Below, piece by piece: positions 37,554 to 46,234 of a stretch of DNA of 64,000 nucleotides. Positions within the stretch are counted from its first letter, which is position 1. Every line of letters starts with the position of its first letter. This DNA is from a virus. The stretch spans positions 64,001 to 128,000 of the IMG/VR virus record IMGVR_UViG_3300029787_005452; one strand, 5' to 3'. The notes beneath the pieces are model-generated. The model searched no databases. It was given only the letters and a program-made list of their open reading frames with translations, and was not told the origin of the DNA. A program made the position numbers and the translations under genes.

Positions 37554-38286
37554 AATAGTAATAACATTATCAGGCGGTATGGATTCGTCTGTACTATTAT
37601 ATAAAGCAGCTAAACAATATAAAGAAGTTCATACTGTAACGTTCGATTACGGTCAAAGACATGATTTAGAGTTGCAAGCAGCAGAAAGACAATTAGTTAA
37701 TGTTAAGCATGATTTTCCTAATGTATTATTTACTAATAAATTATTAGATGTAAAATATATTAAGGATATAGCTGATACATCTTCTTTAACTAATGATAAT
37801 ATTGATACACCCGACGTAAAAGATGTAATGGGCGAAGCTCAACCTAAGTCATATGTACCTTTTCGTAACATGATGTTTTTAAGTATCTTACTATCGTATG
37901 CTGAAAAATTAAAAGCTGAAGAAGTATGGTATGGTGCTGCTGAAGCAGATAGTTTAGCAGGTTACTGGGATGGTTCAGTACAATTTGTAGATAAAATGAA
38001 TCAAATATGTTTGTTAAATAGGGAAATTGATGTAAGTGTTAGAGCCCCTCTTCTAGAAATGAGTAAAAAAGATATTATTTTACATGGAGTTGAATTAGGA
38101 GTTAATTTTGGTGATACTTATACTTGTTATTCCGGAGAATATCCGTGTGATGCAAATAGTGCAAGCAGTGCATTAAGATTAAAGGGGTTTGTAGATGCGG
38201 GTTTACGAGACCCGTTACCTTATAAACAGCAAGACAAATTAGATTCAGTTTATAGGGATAATAACTGTAAGTCTATTATAGCCTAA
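37537..38286 (+). CDS. queC: 7-cyano-7-deazaguanine (preQ0) synthase with degenerate Zn site
   Basis: LSGGMDS, FDYGQRH, YVPFRNMMFLS, YWDGS, APLL, TYTCY; CGxCxxC replaced by CDANSASS. Confidence 0.9.
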   Translation: MMKKTKIVITLSGGMDSSVLLYKAAKQYKEVHTVTFDYGQRHDLELQAAERQLVNVKHDFPNVLFTNKLLDVKYIKDIADTSSLTNDNIDTPDVKDVMGEAQPKSYVPFRNMMFLSILLSYAEKLKAEEVWYGAAEADSLAGYWDGSVQFVDKMNQICLLNREIDVSVRAPLLEMSKKDIILHGVELGVNFGDTYTCYSGEYPCDANSASSALRLKGFVDAGLRDPLPYKQQDKLDSVYRDNNCKSIIA

Positions 38287-38299
38287 TAAAAATACCTTA

Positions 38300-39667
38300 C
38301 TAGCTACCCGTAGCTGCTGCTTTTGCAAGCTTTAAATATTTTCTATAAGCAGTAGCGTCTTTACCACTTAACCTATTAATAGCTGATCTAGTCATATTTG
38401 CAAATTTTCTACCAAGCATATCTTGACCTCTTTCAGCAGCACCTTGTACAGTTCTAGCACTTGGCATTGTATCTTTTATATCTTTTATACGTTGAGCTTG
38501 GTCAGCAGCCATTTGTGTTGTTTGTTTAACTGCATCAGCATTAGCTGCTACCTCTTTAGCTGCTGAAGCAGCTTGTAATTTATTCGTTATAGCTCCAGTT
38601 ACTCCACCAGCAACACCACCAGCAGCTGCGCCTGCTAATCCTTTGGTTAATGCCCCTTTACCGGCTGCTTTTGCAACTGCTTTAAATCTATCCTTTCCTG
38701 TCAATTCACCTTTAGTATCTTTCATACCTTTAATCGTACCGGTTACAGCTCCAGTTGCTGCACCAATACCACCGCCTTTTAATGCACCGGCTAAAATCAT
38801 TGGTGCAACTGCTGGCGCTGCCGCGGCTACTACACCTAGAATTGCTAAAGCACCAACTGATGTTTTTATTGGATTTGCTTTTACATAATTATATGCTTTC
38901 TTAATAAACCCACCAACGTCAACGGTTTTGCTACCTAAACCGGTTTTGAACCCATCCCCTTGTTGTGGTTGAGCAGGTGCTTGTTGTGGTTGCGCCCCAC
39001 CTTGTTGTGGTTGAGCAGGTGCTTGTTGAGCTGCAGCAAAATTTTGTGCAATACTCTTACTAGGATCATAATTTACAATTTTAGCTTTATCTGGATTTTT
39101 TTGAAAGTATTGTGCTACACCACCAGCTTGACGATATGCATTTCTAAATTCATCTCTATTTTTAAAACCTAAACTTTTAGCATAACTAGCCTCGCTATCT
39201 TCATCATTATATTTTTCTATAATTAAATTTGCTTTATCTTCTGATACAATACCTTCATTAAATACAATTTGTGAAAATATATAATGATTGGTATAATATT
39301 CATTACTTTCATTTGTTGTACTAATACCTTGTTGAATTTTTTGTTGCTCTTGTTTACCTTGAGCTAAAATAGCATCCATTGCAGCTTTATCACCTTGTGC
39401 TGCTTGAAGTTTCTTTAAGGTTTCAGGGTCATTTTTAGATAAAAACTGTATTGCTTTATTAATTATAGGTTGTAATAATTTTTTAGTTGCAAAATCTTTA
39501 ACCCCTTTACCAGCAGCGGCCGCTTTTTGTTTAAATTTATCAAAAAGACCTTCTTTAATAAGAAATTTTTCAAATTCAACTAGATCAGCTTCTAATAAAG
39601 ATTCTAGATCATTATTATGTATTTTTTTAAAATAATTTTCAAAAATTAATTCAGTATCTTTATTCAT
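38300..39667 (-). CDS. Late hypothetical protein with Gln-rich repeat and long Gly/Ala hydrophobic segments
   Basis: TAAATA-N5-ATG; MNKDTELIFENY; VGALAILGVVAAAAPAVAPMILAGALKGGGIGAATGAVTG. Confidence 0.7.
   Translation of the reverse strand: MNKDTELIFENYFKKIHNNDLESLLEADLVEFEKFLIKEGLFDKFKQKAAAAGKGVKDFATKKLLQPIINKAIQFLSKNDPETLKKLQAAQGDKAAMDAILAQGKQEQQKIQQGISTTNESNEYYTNHYIFSQIVFNEGIVSEDKANLIIEKYNDEDSEASYAKSLGFKNRDEFRNAYRQAGGVAQYFQKNPDKAKIVNYDPSKSIAQNFAAAQQAPAQPQQGGAQPQQAPAQPQQGDGFKTGLGSKTVDVGGFIKKAYNYVKANPIKTSVGALAILGVVAAAAPAVAPMILAGALKGGGIGAATGAVTGTIKGMKDTKGELTGKDRFKAVAKAAGKGALTKGLAGAAAGGVAGGVTGAITNKLQAASAAKEVAANADAVKQTTQMAADQAQRIKDIKDTMPSARTVQGAAERGQDMLGRKFANMTRSAINRLSGKDATAYRKYLKLAKAAATGS
38958..39028. 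repeat. 29-bp direct repeat, two copies 42 bp apart (encodes QQAPAQPQQG)
   Basis: ccttgttgtggttgagcaggtgcttgttg at 38958 and 39000. Confidence 0.85.
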
Positions 39668-39675
39668 AATATTAT

Positions 39676-40902
39676 TTAATACCCGTGTCTATAATTTCTT
39701 TCGTGGGTATGAGCATTTTGCATTCTTTGTCTGTACTGATTAAGCAGGTAATTATTTATTTCTTGTTGAGACATTGCAACTTGCTCTTCTTCTTCTGATT
39801 CTGATTTTTTTCTAAGCTTACCTGTAACTGGGCATCTTTCTGCATCTTCAGCAGGTTCGTCTTCATCCTCATAATGATCAGCAACTGCTCTTGCATGAGC
39901 TTGACCAGCTCTTTCTTGCTCTTTCTTCATAGCGTTATCAATAGCCTCTTTTCTTGCTTTTCCATATTCTTTAATTTCACCATCATCATCTAAATCTTTA
40001 TCTAAAGGATGAACTTGTTTTGGATCATTTTCCTCATCACTCATTGGGCAGTCTTCAGCATCTTCATCATCATCATCTCCGAAAGCTGCTTTAGCACGAG
40101 CATGTTCATATTCAGAAACTTTACCATCTTTATCAAGATCAGCTTTCTTATAATCTATTTCATCTTCAGGAGCTACACCAAACTGATCTCTTTGACTCAT
40201 ATGCATAACAGCGTTTATTGCATTTGACATACCATCTTCCTCACCTTCAGGAAAATCAGCAACTAATTTTTCTCTATCACCCATTTCAATTTCACCACCA
40301 AATTTATCAACTTTTTCCGTTTCACTAGGTTTGACAATAACAACCGATACTACATCATCTTGGGATATATCGTCTAAATTAATTTTAGTACCTTTAAAAG
40401 TATTAAGTGTAACTCTATACTTTAAACCATCACTCACGACTGTATAAAGATCATTATCACCGACACCGCCCTCAGATTTTAATGTTGTATCATCACCTAA
40501 ATTTAATTGTAACGTCTCAAAACCAGTATCACCTTTCTTGAGACCTTCTTTAGCAGCCCCTCTTTCTCTTGTTGTAATTTTTACATCTGATCTACCTGCT
40601 AAAGGTTTAGAAACTTGTGAGACTACATTTATTGCATTTTGAATATCATCATTTGATAAATTTTCTAAGTCTAATTCAGGGTTTTCTTTTTGTAAAAATC
40701 TAATTACTTTAGTTGCAAAATATCTAGGTGTCATTGTACCTTTTAAATCCCGGATATCTTCCATTCCCATTAGTTTAGCTCTAATAGGGTCCACAATTTT
40801 TTTACCCCTAGCTTCTTCAACGATATCAAAATCTTCATTATCCATGTAACTTGATGTATTTTCAGTTATTATTTTTCTATTTGACCAGTTATTTAAACTC
40901 AT
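39676..40902 (-). CDS. Acidic late hypothetical protein with two DxDxDG motifs
   Basis: DLDKDGKVSEYE and DLDDDGEIKEYG; TAAATA-N5-ATG. Confidence 0.7.
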   Translation of the reverse strand: MSLNNWSNRKIITENTSSYMDNEDFDIVEEARGKKIVDPIRAKLMGMEDIRDLKGTMTPRYFATKVIRFLQKENPELDLENLSNDDIQNAINVVSQVSKPLAGRSDVKITTRERGAAKEGLKKGDTGFETLQLNLGDDTTLKSEGGVGDNDLYTVVSDGLKYRVTLNTFKGTKINLDDISQDDVVSVVIVKPSETEKVDKFGGEIEMGDREKLVADFPEGEEDGMSNAINAVMHMSQRDQFGVAPEDEIDYKKADLDKDGKVSEYEHARAKAAFGDDDDEDAEDCPMSDEENDPKQVHPLDKDLDDDGEIKEYGKARKEAIDNAMKKEQERAGQAHARAVADHYEDEDEPAEDAERCPVTGKLRKKSESEEEEQVAMSQQEINNYLLNQYRQRMQNAHTHERNYRHGY

Positions 40903-40913
40903 ATTATTATTTA

Positions 40914-40941
40914 TTGATTTTTTTTAATTTTATACTATAAT
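40914..40941 (+). promoter_or_regulatory. Early promoter TTGATT-N16-TATAAT ahead of the GATase operon
   Basis: Read directly; back-to-back with late TAAATA (minus, 40908-13). Confidence 0.65.
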
Positions 40942-40949
40942 ATAGATAT

Positions 40950-41621
40950 ATGTGTGGTATTTACTGTAGTAATGATTTAACTTCTTTTGAAGTCTTACAA
41001 CAAGCTAATAAAGAAAGGGGTAACTTTTCCTCAGGTATATTTTATTGTTATAATAAAGCAAATTATAATATAGTCAAAGAAAAAGGTAATATAGACTGGG
41101 AAAAAACTGTATTACCTAGTGAAAAAGGACATTTATATCTTGGCCATAATCAGGCCCCGACGGAAACCGGTAGGGACTGGGAAGAAGAAACATCTCACCC
41201 GTTCTGGATCGGGGATTGGATAGTAGCTCATAACGGTGTATTAACAAATTTTAATGAATTAATCGATGAATATGTACCTATGCATGATAACCCTGTTGAT
41301 AGTAGTATAATACCAGCATTATTGGATGAATTCGAATATACGCACGGTCCTTGTGAGGATGCTGAAACTGAAGTACAGAATATTTTATACACTATAGAAA
41401 AACTTAAAGGTACTTTTGCTCTTTGGATAGTAAACATAAAAACGATGAATGTTTATATAGCAAGACAAGGTAGTACGTTGTTTTATAAAGACGCTAATAT
41501 ATCATCAATTAAAGGTCAAGGTTATAAAGAAGTATTACAGGGTGTGCTTTATAACTTTTCATATGAAGGTCTAACAGAGTTAGATGGATTCGTATATGAC
41601 TCACCATTTTTAACATTATGA
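40950..41621 (+). CDS. Class II (Ntn) glutamine amidotransferase
   Basis: N-terminal MCG, GHNQAPT, HPF, VAHNGVLTN, VDS. Confidence 0.85.
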   Translation: MCGIYCSNDLTSFEVLQQANKERGNFSSGIFYCYNKANYNIVKEKGNIDWEKTVLPSEKGHLYLGHNQAPTETGRDWEEETSHPFWIGDWIVAHNGVLTNFNELIDEYVPMHDNPVDSSIIPALLDEFEYTHGPCEDAETEVQNILYTIEKLKGTFALWIVNIKTMNVYIARQGSTLFYKDANISSIKGQGYKEVLQGVLYNFSYEGLTELDGFVYDSPFLTL

Positions 41622-42094
41622 ATATAAATTACGTTACAATTAATGAATTAACTGAAATAGATAAGTTAAGATTTATAAAATTTATCTATGATAATACTAA
41701 TTCTTTTATTTTAAATACTTTTGGACATACTTGGTCAGGTAGAGACTGGTGGTCAAAGTATCCGATTGAAGTATGTGTTGATGATGAAGGTAAAGTACTA
41801 GGTTTACATGCATATACAGTGAATGATAAATTTGAAGATACTTTAAAGACTTATTATATAGTAACTTCTAAAGGTAGTAGAGGTAAAGGTATTGCTAAAA
41901 TATTAATAAAAAATGCTATCTATAAAAATAAAGATAAAATAAATTTTTATTATGTTAATTCAGATACAAAAAGCGAAGGGGCTATTTTTTATAAAAAATG
42001 GTTAGGTGAAAATTTTACTCTTGAAGATAATGATTTTAATTCCCAAGATATAATCTTTAAGGAACCTATTTATAATATAATAGATGAAGTATAG
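41618..42094 (+). CDS. GNAT-family acetyltransferase
   Basis: IVTSKGSRGKGIAKILI (motif A), AIFYKKWLG. Confidence 0.75.
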   Translation: MNINYVTINELTEIDKLRFIKFIYDNTNSFILNTFGHTWSGRDWWSKYPIEVCVDDEGKVLGLHAYTVNDKFEDTLKTYYIVTSKGSRGKGIAKILIKNAIYKNKDKINFYYVNSDTKSEGAIFYKKWLGENFTLEDNDFNSQDIIFKEPIYNIIDEV

Positions 42095-42431
42095 CAAACA
42101 ACTTAAAAAAACCGGTAAACCTCGTCAATTTGAAACTGGTGCCCAAAGAGATAATGCAGATAATAAGTTACGTATGAGTTTAGTACCTCATAAAGCTTTA
42201 AATGACGTAATGGTTAGATATCTGCAAGGTGCAGATGCTTACGGAGAAAATAATTGGAAGAAAGGTATGAAGCATTCAGTCTTATATGATAGTACTATGA
42301 GACATTTAATGCAAGATTTTACAGGTGATAATACAGAAGATCATTTAGGAGCAGCTTTATGGAATATTATGGGTATGATTTGGAATAGAGATAATAAACC
42401 AGAAATGGATGATAGAAAAGATTATAAATGA
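42084..42431 (+). CDS. dATP/dGTP diphosphohydrolase-domain protein (DUF5664)
   Basis: FETGAQRD, LVP, GADAYGENNWKKGM, RHL, EDHLGAALWN. Confidence 0.8.
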   Translation: MKYSKQLKKTGKPRQFETGAQRDNADNKLRMSLVPHKALNDVMVRYLQGADAYGENNWKKGMKHSVLYDSTMRHLMQDFTGDNTEDHLGAALWNIMGMIWNRDNKPEMDDRKDYK

Positions 42432-43084
42432 AATGCAAAATATATACAGCTACAAAAGGGTTAAAAGAAGATACGTTACTATATAAATCCCTTAATATAA
42501 AATATTACGATATACCAGTACATTATGAAGAAAAAAATACTAAAAGTTTGCAAAGCTGTTATAACAGCTTTTTGGAGGACGCTCGTAATAATAACGTTGA
42601 TATCTGCGTATTTGTTCATGATGACGTTTTTATTAATTGCAGGGATTTGTTGCATAGGTTGGACGATTATGGAAAAATGTATACAGTTTTTGGTCTCGCA
42701 GGGGCTAGCACATGCAAGGTTAAAGAACCTGCTTTATGGCATCTTATGTCCGAAAGAAAAGACCAAAGAGGAAATGTTGCTCACGGACATCCTGTCCAAT
42801 ATCAGTATACTTCGTTTGGTCCTATTCCAGGTCGTGTTTTGGTTATTGATGGGGTCTTTATCGGTATTAATATACGAAATTTACCAACTAATGTAAAATT
42901 TGATGAGTCTTACCCGTCTAAGTTTCATTACTATGATTTAGATTTTAGTCTGGAATGCAATAAAAATAGTGTTAAAATAGGTGTAGTGGATATACCAATA
43001 ATACATTCAAGTCCAGGGTTAACTAACCCTACCAAAGAATTCTATGAAGGTCAAAAATATTTTATAAACAAATGGAAGAAGTAG
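42428..43084 (+). CDS. GT-A glycosyltransferase
   Basis: SLQSCYN, VFVHDDV, VIDGVFIG, FHYYDLDFSL. Confidence 0.82.
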   Translation: MKCKIYTATKGLKEDTLLYKSLNIKYYDIPVHYEEKNTKSLQSCYNSFLEDARNNNVDICVFVHDDVFINCRDLLHRLDDYGKMYTVFGLAGASTCKVKEPALWHLMSERKDQRGNVAHGHPVQYQYTSFGPIPGRVLVIDGVFIGINIRNLPTNVKFDESYPSKFHYYDLDFSLECNKNSVKIGVVDIPIIHSSPGLTNPTKEFYEGQKYFINKWKK

Positions 43085-44412
43085 GAAGATTAAATTTAGA
43101 TTATTATGAGCAGGTTATAATTTATAAGAGTTTAACTAATGAAAGTTATTTAACTCAAATTATAGAACACGTAAAACCTGAATATTTTAATGATAAAAAT
43201 ATTAAGACTGTATTTAGTTTAATAACTAATTTCTATATTAAGAGGCAGAGTATACCTACTATTACTGAATTAAAATCATACTTAATTAATGATGAACTTA
43301 AGGAAAGTTTTAGATCAGTTGTAAAGAATTTTCCTAATATTGATAAGAATTTTAATGATGAAGAATTAACTTCTAATACTGAACGTTTCTTAAAAGAAAG
43401 GGCAATTTATAATACAATGTTATCTGTTGCTGAGGATGTCAGTAAAGGTGAAGTAAACACGAGTTTTATTTTAGATAGTTTCGAAAAAAGTTGTAATGTT
43501 AATTTAAAGGAAGATATAGGTTTAGATTTATTTGAAAATATTGATAAAGTCGTAGAAGATCTAAATATAGATCAACCTACTATACCTTCAGGTTGGAAAT
43601 GGTTAGATGATAAAATAGATGGAGGTTTCTTAGAAAATGGTAGGTCGTTATATGTATTTGCTGGTGAATCAAACGTCGGTAAATCTATATTTTTAGGTAA
43701 TATAGCCTGTAATATAGCCTCTAAAGGTAAGACAGTTTTAGTTATAAGTCTTGAAATGTCAGAGATGATATATGCAAGAAGATTATCATCTAATATAACT
43801 AGAATACCGATGAAAGAGTTAAAAGGAGCTGGTCAATCTTTATCAGCTCAAATAAAAAGTTACAATAATGGTAAACCTAATAGTAAAATTTTAATTAAAG
43901 AGTTTCCTCCTAGTACTGTTACACCGCAGAATATACAAGGTTATATTACTGAACTAAAAAATAGAGGTATTAAAGTAGATGCAGTAGTTCTTGATTATTT
44001 AAATCTATTAAAAAGTCCTCTCGGTGATAATTCTTATGAAAGGGTAAAGCATGTTGCTGAAGGTATACGAGCATTGAGTTATGTTTTTGAATGTCCGTTT
44101 ATTTCTGCTACTCAGTTAAATAGATCTGGTTATGATGAAGAGAATCCTGGTTTAGATACTATATCTGAATCTATTGGAATGGCTGCTACTGCTGACTGTA
44201 TCTTTAGTATATTTCAAGATGATGAAGATAAGGAGTTAGGTATAGTTAAAATGGGTATGATGAAAAATAGATATGGTGCTAATTATGGTTATACCGCATT
44301 AAGGTTAAATTACGATACGTTGACTATTTCAGAAGATGAAACGTTAAACGTTGATGATGAAGGTAGCGAGATGTCTGATTTAACTAATACTCTTAACTTG
44401 TTGAGTAATTAA
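43072..44412 (+). CDS. gp41: Replicative DnaB-like helicase
   Basis: AGESNVGKS, SLEMSE, LDYLNL, SATQLNR, ISESIG, KNRYG. Confidence 0.95.
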   Translation: MEEVGRLNLDYYEQVIIYKSLTNESYLTQIIEHVKPEYFNDKNIKTVFSLITNFYIKRQSIPTITELKSYLINDELKESFRSVVKNFPNIDKNFNDEELTSNTERFLKERAIYNTMLSVAEDVSKGEVNTSFILDSFEKSCNVNLKEDIGLDLFENIDKVVEDLNIDQPTIPSGWKWLDDKIDGGFLENGRSLYVFAGESNVGKSIFLGNIACNIASKGKTVLVISLEMSEMIYARRLSSNITRIPMKELKGAGQSLSAQIKSYNNGKPNSKILIKEFPPSTVTPQNIQGYITELKNRGIKVDAVVLDYLNLLKSPLGDNSYERVKHVAEGIRALSYVFECPFISATQLNRSGYDEENPGLDTISESIGMAATADCIFSIFQDDEDKELGIVKMGMMKNRYGANYGYTALRLNYDTLTISEDETLNVDDEGSEMSDLTNTLNLLSN

Positions 44413-44434
44413 AAAGAGGAACTAAATAAAATAA

Positions 44435-45310
44435 ATGCCTAAGATCCATATAATTACAGATGCAGATCTCGATGGAGCTGGTTCATACCTTTGTTTAAAG
44501 CAAGCATATAAAGATACTACATTAACATATTCAGTAACTACAGAAAAAAAGTTTATTAATGATATAGCATACTTTAAATTTGAAGATTACGATCTAGTAA
44601 TTATTAGTGATTTAAATTTAAAAGAAAGTGAAATTAGACTATGTGATCTTAAAAATGTAATTGTAATAGACCATCATGCTGAACATATGCAGCTAATAGA
44701 TAATTATAAAAATGCAAAACCTATAATAAAAGATTATACATCTTGTACAAAATTAATATATGATACTTTTAAGTTAGAAAATAAGTTAAATAAAAATCAA
44801 AAATTATTGGTCAAATTAGTTGATGATTATGACAGTTATACTCTAAATTTACCATTTAGTAAACCATTAAATCAAGTATTTTGGTCTTATACTGGTGATA
44901 GAGTTAGTAAATTTGAAAATGATTTTAAAAATGGTTTCTTTGGTTTTAATCAGTTTCAAAAAAATGCTTTAAAAATTATAGAAAATAAAATTGAAAGGTT
45001 TTTTAAAGAAGAAACGATACATAGAGGTAACTTAAAAATAGGCGACAAAAATTATGACGTTGCAGGGGTTGTGGTAACTTTTAGTCCTAATGAAATAGCA
45101 GAGCGAATAATTAATAATTATGGGGTAGATTTTGTAATAATGGTCAACCTTGCTGGTAAAAGTGTTTATATGAGACGTAGTGAGTGTTGCTCTTTAAATA
45201 TGGGTAAAATAGCTGCAAAATTGATGAACGGTGGAGGTCATGCAGATGCTGCTGGGGGAACTTTAAATGATACGGTCATTAATATTACTAAATTACTTAA
45301 TAAAATTTAA
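44435..45310 (+). CDS. DHH/DHHA1 phosphoesterase
   Basis: DADLDG, SDL, IDHH, GGGHADAAG. Confidence 0.88.
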   Translation: MPKIHIITDADLDGAGSYLCLKQAYKDTTLTYSVTTEKKFINDIAYFKFEDYDLVIISDLNLKESEIRLCDLKNVIVIDHHAEHMQLIDNYKNAKPIIKDYTSCTKLIYDTFKLENKLNKNQKLLVKLVDDYDSYTLNLPFSKPLNQVFWSYTGDRVSKFENDFKNGFFGFNQFQKNALKIIENKIERFFKEETIHRGNLKIGDKNYDVAGVVVTFSPNEIAERIINNYGVDFVIMVNLAGKSVYMRRSECCSLNMGKIAAKLMNGGGHADAAGGTLNDTVINITKLLNKI

Positions 45311-45595
45311 ATGCGAAATAATATACCATACGAGAGAATACAGGTAAATGAATATGAACGTTCTTTTTATTCATTTTGTACTTTTGTTGCTCTTTTACAC
45401 GATAAAAAGATGAATTTTGCAACTGTTTTTCTTAAAATACTTGAAAATAAAGCTTTACGTGATATATTCATTAGTATTATAGAAGAAGAAAATGAATTTA
45501 CTGCTATAAAAAAATATATAGAGACTGAACCTTCAGTTACTAAAAGTAAGTACGTTACTAAATTTTTAAATAGGTTCGACGGGTTTGATGACTGA
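45311..45595 (+). CDS. Hypothetical protein
   Basis: Operonic ORF. Confidence 0.6.
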   Translation: MRNNIPYERIQVNEYERSFYSFCTFVALLHDKKMNFATVFLKILENKALRDIFISIIEEENEFTAIKKYIETEPSVTKSKYVTKFLNRFDGFDD

Positions 45596-46220
45596 AATAC
45601 AAAAAATAATTTATAATAATTTTTTAGAAGTTAGTAAAAAGATCAATAACAAACCAGTAAAGTATAGAAAGAATTTTGATAATTTTCCGGATGAAAATTA
45701 TATTATTATCAATAAATTAAGTAATTTTTTCTATAAATTTAAACATTTAAAAATAAAAGATTTTTTTGAAGCTCCATATTTTGTATATGATGAAAATTAT
45801 TTTGATTTAAAATTTTATTTAGGACCTAAAGCAATAAAAGCTTATACTCTATACAATGATAAGTTTCTTTTAAATAATCCAGATGATGATAAAACATTAT
45901 CTAAAATGCAAGAATCGATAAAATTTATTTACAATTACTGTAAAGATAAAAATATTAATATTAAAGATTACCTTACAATAAAAGAAGGTGAATATAACGT
46001 TTTTCTTAAACATATTAAAAATAGAGATATTATAATCTTTATATTATTTGCTTTTAGTAATTTTGAAAAGGTAATTGGTTCTATAGATACCGAGATAAAA
46101 ACTATGTATAGTTCTAATTTTTCTCGTTTAAATTATATTAGAACAAAATACTATTCTAGCTCTAAAGCAAAGAAAATAATTAATAATTTTAGAATATTCG
46201 TTGATAATCAAAAAGTATAG
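45585..46220 (+). CDS. Hypothetical protein, possible gp59-like helicase loader
   Basis: Size and position directly upstream of gp32 only. Confidence 0.4.
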   Translation: MMTEIQKIIYNNFLEVSKKINNKPVKYRKNFDNFPDENYIIINKLSNFFYKFKHLKIKDFFEAPYFVYDENYFDLKFYLGPKAIKAYTLYNDKFLLNNPDDDKTLSKMQESIKFIYNYCKDKNINIKDYLTIKEGEYNVFLKHIKNRDIIIFILFAFSNFEKVIGSIDTEIKTMYSSNFSRLNYIRTKYYSSSKAKKIINNFRIFVDNQKV

Positions 46221-46228
46221 TCTATAAT
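46201..46228 (+). promoter_or_regulatory. Early promoter TTGATA-N16-TATAAT-N6-ATG of gp32
   Basis: Read directly. Confidence 0.7.
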
Positions 46229-46234
46229 AAAAAT

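Noticed and set aside
38958-39028. Direct repeat as possible CRISPR or mobile-element remnant
   Set aside because: Only two copies, in frame, encoding a Gln/Pro linker
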